Shown here piece by piece: positions 1 through 10,520 of a DNA stretch of 45,380 nucleotides. The notes under the pieces are model-generated. The model saw only the letters and a list, made by a program, of their open reading frames with translations, made no database searches and was not told where the DNA came from. Within the stretch, counting starts at the first letter, position 1. Each line of letters opens with the position of its first letter. The DNA comes from Guillardia theta CCMP2712. Its lineage: Eukaryota; Protista; Cryptophyta. The position numbers and the translations under genes are program-made. The stretch spans positions 1,041,462 to 1,086,841 of the forward strand of contig NW_005434662.1 in NCBI RefSeq assembly GCF_000315625.1. Direction: 5' to 3'.

Positions 1-40
1 TCTCTCTGTCGGCCTGTCCGTCCCTCTAACTTTTTCTCAG

Positions 41-133
41 CTCGCTGAGTTTGGAATCCCTCTCGAGGAGCTGGGCTTCAAACCTCTTCATGCCCTCACC
101 ACCACGGCCCCAGCTGGTCTTGTCGCCTCTTAG
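41..133 (+). CDS. Probable last exon of a gene that begins left of the window (LAEFGIPLEELGFKPLHALTTTAPAGLVAS*)
   Basis: ctaac branch point, polypyrimidine tract and ctcag acceptor ending at 40, then 31 open codons ending in TAG at 131-133. Confidence 0.4.
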   Translation, partial: LAEFGIPLEELGFKPLHALTTTAPAGLVAS

Positions 134-408
134 ACATCTTTCAGTACATTCCTGCTATGATCCCTGTCGCTCCCAACTGTGAAAATCTTCTCCCTCTCCC
201 CCTCATCCCTCTTTCCTGCTCCTCTACTTCCTCCCCACCCCTTTCCTTCCTTCCTCCTCCTCCTCCTCCTCCTCCTCCTCCTGCTCACCCGCCCCCTTCT
301 TCCAATCCTCGTACGCTTCCCCTCCTTCCCCCGTCCTCTTCGACCAGGATTTCGTTGTACAACCATCTCCTCCCTCCCTTCGCATTTACTGTCCTTCACT
401 TCACTTGC

Positions 409-3400
409 TCAAGCGCTGCAGCTTCCTCCCGTGCAGTTCAGCGCGTGACTCATCATGAAGCTCAGCGCCTCCTCCAGCCCCTCATCGCAGAACTCATGCT
501 GCAAATGCTCGTCACTTTCTGATTTTCTCCNNNNNNNNNNNNNNNNNNNNNNNNNNNNNNNNNNNNNNNNNNNNNNNNNNNNNNNNNNNNNNNNNNNNNN
601 NNNNNNNNNNNNNNNNNNNNNNNNNNNNNNNNNNNNNNNNNNNNNNNNNNNNNNNNNNNNNNNNNNNNNNNNNNNNNNNNNNNNNNNNNNNNNNNNNNNN
701 NNNNNNNNNNNNNNNNNNNNNNNNNNNNNNNNNNNNNNNNNNNNNNNNNNNNNNNNNNNNNNNNNNNNNNNNNNNNNNNNNNNNNNNNNNNNNNNNNNNN
801 NNNNNNNNNNNNNNNNNNNNNNNNNNNNNNNNNNNNNNNNNNNNNNNNNNNNNNNNNNNNNNNNNNNNNNNNNNNNNNNNNNNNNNNNNNNNNNNNNNNN
901 NNNNNNNNNNNNNNNNNNNNNNNNNNNNNNNNNNNNNNNNNNNNNNNNNNNNNNNNNNNNNNNNNNNNNNNNNNNNNNNNNNNNNNNNNNNNNNNNNNNN
1001 NNNNNNNNNNNNNNNNNNNNNNNNNNNNNNNNNNNNNNNNNNNNNNNNNNNNNNNNNNNNNNNNNNNNNNNNNNNNNNNNNNNNNNNNNNNNNNNNNNNN
1101 NNNNNNNNNNNNNNNNNNNNNNNNNNNNNNNNNNNNNNNNNNNNNNNNNNNNNNNNNNNNNNNNNNNNNNNNNNNNNNNNNNNNNNNNNNNNNNNNNNNN
1201 NNNNNNNNNNGACCTGCAGCTTCTCAACGGGTGGGGGGTGGGGGGGAAGGAGCAGGAGGAGGAAGGAGGAAGAGGGAAAAGGAGGAGGAGGGAAAGAGCA
1301 GCATCAAGAGGAGGGGGAGAGGGAAGACGAGGGAGGGGGGAAGGTAGAGGAGGTGATATCGATGACAACGACAATGGATATGGTTTCAACAAGAGCGCCG
1401 CAGCTTTTACCGGCCGTTTGAAAGACTTGAGAGCGTTGATATCCTGTAAACAGCATTCAATCATCCTCACCCTCTCCTCTCGTCTTCTCTTCACCTCTGC
1501 GATCACCGGGGCTCCCCGTTGGTCCCTCGGCTGAACTTGCGATCAACCCACATCCCTTCCACTCCTCCTCCTCCTCCACCACCACCACCACCACCACCAC
1601 CACCACCTCCTCCTCCTCCTCCTCCTCCTTCATCACTCCCACCACCACTTCTCCTGTTCCTTCTCACCATGTGCCAGAAAATTGCAGGCGGATATTTCTC
1701 TGTGAGGTGCTGCAAAGGTGAGATTACACAGGATAAGTTGCACGCTATTCCACAAAAGAAATTCTTATGAAGATCATATGGTTGTACAAACGCAGACACT
1801 GTGTAAACATATTCGTGTACAGGCATACCAACATCGTGTACCAATGACATCCAAAAACATCACTAGCAGTTTCATCTTGTACAAAAATTATGAAATTGCC
1901 AACCTCTGGTGGGACCGGCATGATCTGAACAGCAATTGCTGCCTGCAGAAAGTTTGAGAAATAGCGTTTCCCACATCCGTAGAACTTCTGCAACTTCACT
2001 CTACTCTCCACGTGCTCCTCCGCTCCATCGCTCGCTTCTACATCCTTCCCCTCTCAACTTGCTCCTCCTCAGACTTACTGGGGGTTCAGACGAGATGCCC
2101 AGCGCATGCACGATGGCTCCTCCCGAGGAAGCGCCGAGAGCGACAAGCTGCAGGCGAATCAGGGGAGAGGATGGAGTGGGAGGAGAGGACAGGAATCTTC
2201 TCGAGATTGTTGGTCTTTCTGAATGATTCCACTGCCTTCTTGATACGAGCTAAGGGGAAAGTGAGGATATGAAACACTGAGAGGGAGGGAGAGGAGGAGA
2301 GGAAAGGAGGGAGGGAAAGGGAGGGTGCGAGGGAGAGGGAGGGAGGAATGGAGGGAAGGGGAGATAGGGAAGGAAGGAGGGAGGGAGAGGGATGGAGAGG
2401 GAGTACGAAAGGACATTATCCAGAAAACGTCTGCGCAAGAATTCGGCAGGAATGAAGCAGGGGGGAGGGAAGGAGCAAGGTGAGCTGGAGGAGAGGACGC
2501 GCGGGAAGGTTGAAGAAGAGAACAGGGGGAAGAGGCCTTCGGGACAACATGACAGGAAGAGCCGATGCTCACCGACATCGTCTTGTGGGTTCCAACACTT
2601 GCTGCCTCGGTCTTGACTCGTGACTGCTCTCCTACATTAGAGGAAACAAGAGGAGGACGTCGTGAAGCGAGTGAACATGAAAGAGGAAGGGGAGGGAGGA
2701 GAGAGAAGGCAGAGGAGAGACGTACAAGCAGCGACGGAGACGGGGAGGTAGCAGAGAGCGAGAGCGAGAAAAGTAGGGGAGGAGGAAAAGGAGACGGAGT
2801 GGAGAGGGGGAGGGAGAAGGAGGGTATATGTAAAACACTCAGCAACCTGCAACGACTGAGAGTCCCTTATCGAGAGCCGTTGAGACTATCTTCCTTTCTA
2901 TTGGCAACCCAATACATTCCTGTGTTTGACAATGATATCCCTTCCTTGCTCCCTCCCCTTCCTCGCTCCCCTGGCTCTCTGGCTCCCTTCCCTCGCTTTC
3001 CTTCTTTCCCTCCCCCTCTCCTCCCTCCTCCCTCCTTTCTCCCAGGCACGAGGATTCAAGGAGGGCGGTCACAACACCTTACAGTCGTCGCTCTTGTCGA
3101 AGAAGTCAGTAGCAGAATGAGAGCAGCCTGCGCTGCTGTCAGTCCCTGACCCTCCTCGCAACATCTCGATGTTGCCACCGTGAGCAAGGAACAGGATGGC
3201 ACGAGATGTCTTTCCCCGAGCTTTCTCGACTGTCTGATAAACCTGTACGTTTGCAAACAAGTCGTTCAGCTCAAGGAGTTAACATCACTTCGCAGCTCAA
3301 ACACCATTTCGATCCCCGAATCGGATAGGGTTGTCTTGATTCCTCGGACAGACTGAACCGCCTCTCTACTCTCGCTCTTCTTGCTTTCTTGCAACCTTCA

Positions 3401-3826
3401 AAAAGATAGAGTGAACGGATCTCACAACCACAAATCTGCTTCAACGTTGTTTTCTCTTCAGCACTGTGAGAAGCTCTTGTGGCTTCAACTCCTGCATGAG
3501 ATCGATTTTTGTTCCCACCTGTGACATTTTACATCTCACCACTCACAGAAACAGGACGAGTTTGTGTCACACTTTCTCTCAAATCTACTTCAAGCCCCTG
3601 CTGCTTTGTTGTCGAGCTTGATCCAGTCGCTGCGAACTATTCACAATCGGGGACGTCAAAACGAGTGTCTCAAACCAAATGTTGTGACAAAAAAGACGAC
3701 AACAAGAGCAGTCGCAACTATGATACACGTCTTGGTCGTGTGATCATTCATGGTCTGTCGGCATGTCAGATCGGACATCATCTTCAACCTATTCCGCACC
3801 GGATGTCTCGGTTTCTTTGGACGCAT
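409..3826 (-). CDS. Multi-exon type II membrane-anchored alpha/beta-hydrolase (algal/plant uncharacterised family); part falls in the N gap
   Basis: Manual splicing gives an N-terminal TM (CIIVATALVVVFFVTTF), AILFLAHGCSHSATDFFDKSDDCK-ECIGLPIERKIVSTALDKGLSVVA-VTSQDRGSKCWNPQDD, nucleophile elbow LVALGASSGG (about 2115-2150), HMPRD (candidate catalytic Asp) and HEFCDEGLEEALSF (candidate catalytic His), stop at 409. Start codon uncertain (3826 or 3751). Confidence 0.8.
531..1210. other. Assembly gap (680 N)
   Basis: Run of n. Confidence 1.
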
Positions 3827-4727
3827 CCTGCAATCACCGTCAACACCCTCGAATATCCCACAAGGACACGTCATGCTCAAGTAAAGATGAAACTTGGTGG
3901 TCCTATCACAGTGTTTCGATGATCTGAGACCTAAGGTTGTCGTTGGATAAGAATCATCGGAGATAGACAGCTCTTTCCCGTGCACAACATCAGTCTATCC
4001 TCTGCATCTGCATCTGCTTATCCTTCTGATCATCATCTCCTTCGGTTTCATCGTCCTGCAACCTTCACCGTTCTCCTGTCCTCCTCTTGTACATCTTCAT
4101 CGCCTTCCTTCCCTGGCACATCCTAGTCATCCCGTTCCTGCTGGGGTGCAAGGCCATACATAGGGGTACTTTATAGGTGAATAAGAAGGGTGGGTGTGTA
4201 CAAGTGAAGGGGTGATATTTGACTACAAAAGGGGGGTAGACATGGTTTGTTGCCCATAGGGCTCCGAGTAGGAAGGGGTCGTGATGAAAAGTGGGGTGTT
4301 CTGCCTAAGAAATGGGGGTATGTTTAACAAGGGGTGGGTCTCAACACATCCCCACTTAGGAGGGGGTAGGGTATATTCTATGTTTGGGTGGGTACTTCAT
4401 TGGAAACATCGAGGGCGTAGATGAGAGGGGTACTCCGCAGTGGGTGGGGTTGAGGATTGGGTGGGGTGCTCCCAGATCGCCCTTTGTTTGTTTCCCGATG
4501 TTGGATTCAAACTTTACTTTTTAATAACAAATATCAGTAAAATTTCAATTATATTATATTATATTCAAATTTGAAAGTTCATAATCGAACAAAATAACCA
4601 ACTATTTCGACAACTACAGATTGAGGACGTATGTCCAACCCGGTTCCGAAAACGACTAAAGTTTTGCAAGGAGACCGGAGGATGGCTGGGAGATCGTTGT
4701 TGAGATTCCTCCCACCAGTATGAAGTT

Positions 4728-4890
<163 letters not shown>

Positions 4891-5278
4891 GTCAACAGGA
4901 GAGGAACAGAAAAGAAGAAAGGGAGTAGGAGCATGAAGATGATTGCACTAATGGTCCAGAGGCATTGCTCGTTGTGACCATCACCACTCTGTATACTGCA
5001 TTACACCAACCATGACTTGCTCAAGTATTGTACTCAGCATCCCTGGATAGAAGCTGCTTCGATCACCTGGTTCTCGCTTCTTAGCTTCCATACTACTTGC
5101 TGTTCACACCACCTTTCATGTCCTGAATACTAACTACAATTGTACATGCACTTGCTAGTATCATTTGTTCAGAACACCACCTGTTTTCTTTTTAGCAAAC
5201 CGCGATTCACTTTCCGTTGATTTCGGAACATGCATAAGACACTGACTTGAATTGTTTGGAAAGAATCGGATCAATCAA

Positions 5279-6374
5279 ATGAGGCCGCTTCCTTTGAACA
5301 GAATGTCCCTTCTTGCCCTTGCGCTCGTGCTCTTTCAAGGTCGTTGGAACCTTTGTTCTATCATTTGTTTGCTAACATAATGAGATATAGGGGCCCACGG
5401 TAAAGAAAACAGCGTACCTGTGCAGAAAGGCCCGAACGGGTACGGAAATAGAGTGTGAAGAGTTTTTACACAGCTCTGATGTTCGTTTACAGAAAACCTC
5501 TGCCGTCTTGCTCCGAGGCGACGAATTGCTTCGATTGTTTTGTACAGCAGGTGATTCTCAGTTCTGGCTGCCCTTGTCCGTGTTGGCATGCGTATTTTGT
5601 TTGGCCCATTGCAAATTCTGCAGGACGAGAGAGCTTGCTTAACTTGCCTGACAAGTCAACATTTTGACATGGAACGTGATAGGAATGTTATCCTAACCCT
5701 CTTGGTGGTGATCCGATCTGTTCTCCTTGTGGCTGGTGTTCACACAGTAAGGAGACATTCATATTTCATGCTCGTGCTCAACTTTGCTGCAGACCACAGC
5801 GCAAGCTGGACTGCAGATGTCAAGGGGACTTGTGTGATAGCCCCCGTCGGAATGTTCGATTTTTGTCAGGTATCTTGCCTTACGAATCTCCTCCTCCTCA
5901 CTCCGATCTCAGCTAGTGGATCCTGGAGCGGATAGATACTGCCCGGAGTCTGTCTGTAAGGTCGGCGACTTTGGCTGCGCCTGCAAGGACAATGTCTGTC
6001 CAGGTTGAGGACTGAACGGCACTTGTTGTTTGTGACTGGTGACCCGGGTTCACAGCGATTGAGAAGCTGATCGGTCTCTTCACCTTGGAAGGGATCTGGC
6101 TTATTCTCCTCACAACTCTTGCCATTGGCGTATGCGTTACAACGCTCTGTATCTGGTCGATCTGTTGTTCGAGGCAGCGCCGTGTCATCATCGTCAACTA
6201 CTATGACCCTGAGGTATGTCTGATCCGATTCACCTCCTCTTACCTTGTCGGACGGTCACTTTGTGCGTGTATAAACAGAACGGTAGAGCTGCACTCCATG
6301 ACGTCGTCAACGGCCCTGCACAGGGCGGCCTGCAAGTTAACGGCGCGACAACGGCATACACTCGCTTCCAGTAA
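5279..6374 (+). CDS. Small type I membrane protein with PSI domain, PTTG1IP/PBF-like (8 short exons)
   Basis: Phase-consistent splicing gives signal peptide MRPLPLNRMSLLALALVLFQGAHG, PSI-like SCSEATNCFDCFVQQECYPNPLGGDPICSPCGWCSHN...KGTCV...C...YCP, a further Cys-rich segment, TM GIWLILLTTLAIGVCVTTLCIWSICC, and C-terminal YTRFQ*. Confidence 0.75.
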
Positions 6375-8187
6375 CTTAAGTATGATTAGTACCGCTTTCT
6401 GCCTGTCCCGTGAGTCAGGCGGTTTACTGCGGCCTACAGTGGCACGGTGGCAGCCTGTGCTATACTAGTAATTCCGAACGGTCCAGGCCGCCGCGGCCTG
6501 CTTGTTGCCAGCCTGTCACAGTGCCGCGATCATCCGGGCCCGGGGGCGGCAAGCATGGGCCGGGCAGCCTCCGTGACAAGTTGTGTGGGGCGGCTCAGTT
6601 AATCATCGGTTTAAAATGAGGCTCTCATAAACTTCATATCTCAAGCAGTTCAGTCAAGAAAACTCACTGAGAGTCTGTGGCAGTGGCATTCGAGTCTGTT
6701 CCCGCATAACTTGTACCGTACGGTACTGGTTGTACCAACTTGAACCTGACGGTAGTACGGTACGGTACTGTACGGTATGGTACGGTACGGCAGAAAGTAC
6801 TACCAGTTCAGTGACCGTCTGCTATCCGTATTTGTAGGCCGATGTCAAATTTGAGTTTTAGAGTTACTCTTTAAAACCAGTTCTTCAAATGTCTGTTGAT
6901 ATTTCAAAATGTTTACTGCTGAAATCAATATATATAAAACTTTAGATTATAAGTCCTTTATTTCTTTGTATGAAAATTGAAAAACATTTTAAACAAGTGT
7001 ACCATGGCTTGTCATTGATACGACCCCCCTACCCCCACCCACACGATGCCGTAACCGTCCCGTCGATTCCTCAAAACGCTGGGTAGGTCCTCTATATATT
7101 GGTGCGGGTAAGGAGGGGTGGTGATGTCCATTGAGGGGTGGATTCTGCATTATGAAATGGAGGGTCCTTTTCAGGCTCTTGACCTCTTTCGAGCAGGGTG
7201 GGTAGTCACTTCGTGGTGTTGATTGTCGGAGGTGGGGTGGCGGGGCCATGGGAGGTATGAGGGCGATGAGCATCCAGTTGATATTTGTGGGGTCGGGTAG
7301 TAGATTTGGGGGTGGGGTGGTATTTTCATGGTAGGTTTTCAATTAGATGTGCAGGGTGGGTCCCGGGACTGTCCGAAGTGGAGGGGGTACAGGGTGGCTG
7401 GATGGGAAAATGGGGCGGCAGGTGGGTGTTCACGCTCTGAATGGTGGGTACTTTTGAGGTCATACGGAGGGGTCAAAGCGAGGACAGGGGGTTGGACAGC
7501 ACGGGTATTGGGAGTTTTGTGGGTACCACTGAGATTGGGAGGTAGAAAGAGGGGTGGGGGTGGGAATGGAGGGGTGGTGGGTTTCAAATATTTAGGAGCG
7601 ACAATGCCGGGACGGAGAGCAAGGATGTATGTGGGAGGCGAGGAGGAAGGAAAAGGACGGAAGATGCAGATGTTATGGAGAAAAGAGTCGAGCTGGAGGA
7701 ATGAGCGCAGGAAGAGGATAGGGATGAGGCACAAGACGCCAGGCCACAAAGGGCATGAAGACGAACAAGTCATGCGCAGTAGCATGTAGGATGGGAGATG
7801 AGAACAAGGATAGATGTTTATTTTGAGTAAGGAAATAGTTGCAGATGATCGAGTCCTTGGGGGGCTGGAATGATTTGAGGGTTAAATAGACAGCTAAGTT
7901 CTAGTCGTATTTCTCTTTGCAACACATCCTCCCCCCACACCCCCAGGTCATGGTCGTGAAGGAACACGAATGGGAGACAGAGGAAAATATTACAGTGTGT
8001 GGGGGCTCATGCACTCTCAATTTATCAAGCCGATAATATGCAGTCTCTCGAGCGACAAGTGTGAGAGAAAGGGTTGTTCCGGGTGTAGAGAAAGATATTC
8101 CTTGTTTGCTGATGACAGCCGTTAATCTTTCGCTTCAGATCTCTTGTTTCAGATCACTTTGCTGCCTCGAGCGCGTTTTGCTCGATC

Positions 8188-9606
8188 ATGAAGGTCACAC
8201 GAAAGTGTGGAGATCTCCAGTGTGTCTGTGCTTGTCAGAACATAGCAGTACATTCACAGGAACCTCAACTCCCTCAAGGGTAAAGAAGGAGAAGCTTGTT
8301 TCAGACTGCATTGTGATTGATTTTGAACAGGTTTCACCTCCTCGTCAAGATTGTATCGCATACTCCATACAAGTTCGCGTACTCTTGGACTGCCCCTGGC
8401 TCCTCACATCCCTTTGATGAGTTTGACTTGGAATCATGTCTGCAGAAGGCATCGATGACGGGAATGGCGAAGGATGTGTTGTCAGATGTCTTGCAAAATC
8501 ACAAGATGAATGTGAAGACAATGATGACAGAGTGGGCGAGGAAGAAAGAGACGGAGAGCAGGCAGAGTAATGGACACAGCGACTACCATGAGCAGATGAG
8601 CAAAAATGCTTCTCTGAGCTCCTCGTTCCCCAGCATGTCCAACAGAGATCACCCTCAAAACCACCACGGCATCGAGCTTGAAAGTCCTCCCGCAATCGCA
8701 CCGCAGGAAGACCTGTGCGGCATACAAGGCTGCGTCTGCGAGACTGAGGGACTTCACATCCATCAGCAAGAGCCGAAGCTACCACAAGGGTGAGGCGCTA
8801 ACTGCTTGTCGAGCTTGAATGCCCTCGTTGACTCGAGTGATGGTGCAGATTCTACCTATCAGTGAAGAAAGAAAAGTCAAAGCTGGAGATGAGGTGGAAG
8901 CTGCCTGGGTCAAGTGATTTGTTGAAGGAGAATGCGATAGAGCGGGAGCTGCGGTCGACATCACCTGCCAGCGCGATGAGTGTGGACGAGTTTGAGAGAT
9001 TTGTCGACCTGTTTGTGCAGCACAAGATCAACGTAAAGGCTTACGCGGCGAAGGAGTGGAGCCGGAGGAAGAAACTCGATTCTTTAGCTCAGACGAATAG
9101 GCACGAGGAATGGGATGTGATGATGGACCCTAAGACAGGTCAGGATGCCCGCGGGGTGCCGGAAGAGAACGTTGCTCTACTTGTCAAACCAAACTTTGGA
9201 GATGTCAACAACGAGCGGACTCTGATCTTCGACTCCGGAGACTTTTGTCCCGCATGTGGCAAAGACTTCTCTCACATCGCGTAAGTACTCGTTGCTTGTT
9301 GCTCATTGCGCGCGTTCGTCCACCTGACTCGTATGATGAAGTAGAATCGCCACTCGACGCAACTCGATGCTCAAGCACCTCTACCACTTCAAGAGGACAG
9401 GCTACTGTAAGTTCTCGCGCTACAACTTCAACGCCATGGGCCCAGCAGCGGTCAACGACCATGCAGACGTCGCTGAGAGCTCCGACCTCCTGCTCAACTC
9501 GTCGCAACAGCTGCTGTCCGGTATGGACTTTGAAAGCCATCCGCTCAACGACAGCGCCGCTACCATGATGAACGACCGATCGCACGAGTGCTACATGTCA
9601 AACTCG

Positions 9607-9662
<56 letters not shown>

Positions 9663-9666
9663 CGAC

Positions 9667-9698
<32 letters not shown>

Positions 9699-10338
9699 GG
9701 GCGAGGGCGGGGGCGGGGGCGGGGGCGAGGGCGAGAGGTCGCCTCCGCGCCGGAAAAGAGGGCGTCCAAGGCTCCCCTCCTCCAAGTGCAGCCGATGTGG
9801 CAAGTGGCGGAGGCTTCGTTCTCGTTTCGGGACTGATCATGATCGACCCTTCTTCTGCGCCATGCTGTCAAACACCAACTGCTCCATGGATGAAGTGCCG
9901 GCCCACCGCCCGCGCGACTTGTTAGAGGGCGAGAAAGACAGGGAGAGGGGCAGGGCAGCGCACAAGCGACCCCGCTCGTTCCCCGACACGGACAGAGATG
10001 AAACAGACTCGGGCGGGAGGGCAGAAAGTCTGACGAGCAAGAAGGAGAAGTTGGAAGTCTGCACGTGGCAGAAGAACTTCGAGATGCTCAAGGACTTCAA
10101 GCAGAAGCACGGGCACCTGTTCGTCTCCCAGAGCTCCAAGTCTCGCTTCTTCCACCCTCAGCTGGGACGATGGGCCAGCTGGCAGAGGACGCTGCTCAAC
10201 AAGGGAGAGCTGCAGGCAGAGAGGAAGCGATGGCTGGACGAGATCGGCTTCTGCTGGAATGGCAGGGAGGTGGTCAAGATCATCGGCCGCTCCACCAAGA
10301 AGAGAAAGCACAGGGACAAGCACAGGGACAGCCACTGA
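8188..10338 (+). CDS. Nuclear chromatin-associated protein: two copies of an about 95-aa module, C2H2-like finger, poly-Asp tract, AT-hook, CW-type zinc finger, helicase-associated (HA) domain
   Basis: Introns 8280-8330, 8790-8848 and 9281-9344 join the ORFs in frame. Motifs: CPACGKDFSHIAIATRRNSMLKHLYH; KRGRPR; CSRCGKWRRL...FFCAM..TNCSMDE; WQKNFEMLKDFKQKHGHLFV...LGRWASWQR...LQAERKRWLDEIGFCW. Confidence 0.85.
9607..9735 (+). repeat. Coding microsatellites (GAC/GAT)n and (GGCGAG)n encoding poly-Asp and GE repeats
   Basis: Read directly within the last exon of the 8188-10338 gene. Confidence 0.9.
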
Positions 10339-10520
10339 GTCGTGTTACTTCCTTCCCCTTCCCCTTCCCCCCTCCCCTTTACCTCTTTCCCCTCCTTTCT
10401 CCCCTCCTCCCCACTTGCCTCCCTCCTCTCGCACTCCATCCTCTCTTGCGTGCTGGACACATCCCAAACACCGAACTTCTGTCATTATGTAGATTCTCTA
10501 AAGTACATGTTAATGTCAGC

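Noticed and set aside
409-1534. Long ORFs of about 360 aa
   Set aside because: Artefacts of reading through the N gap.
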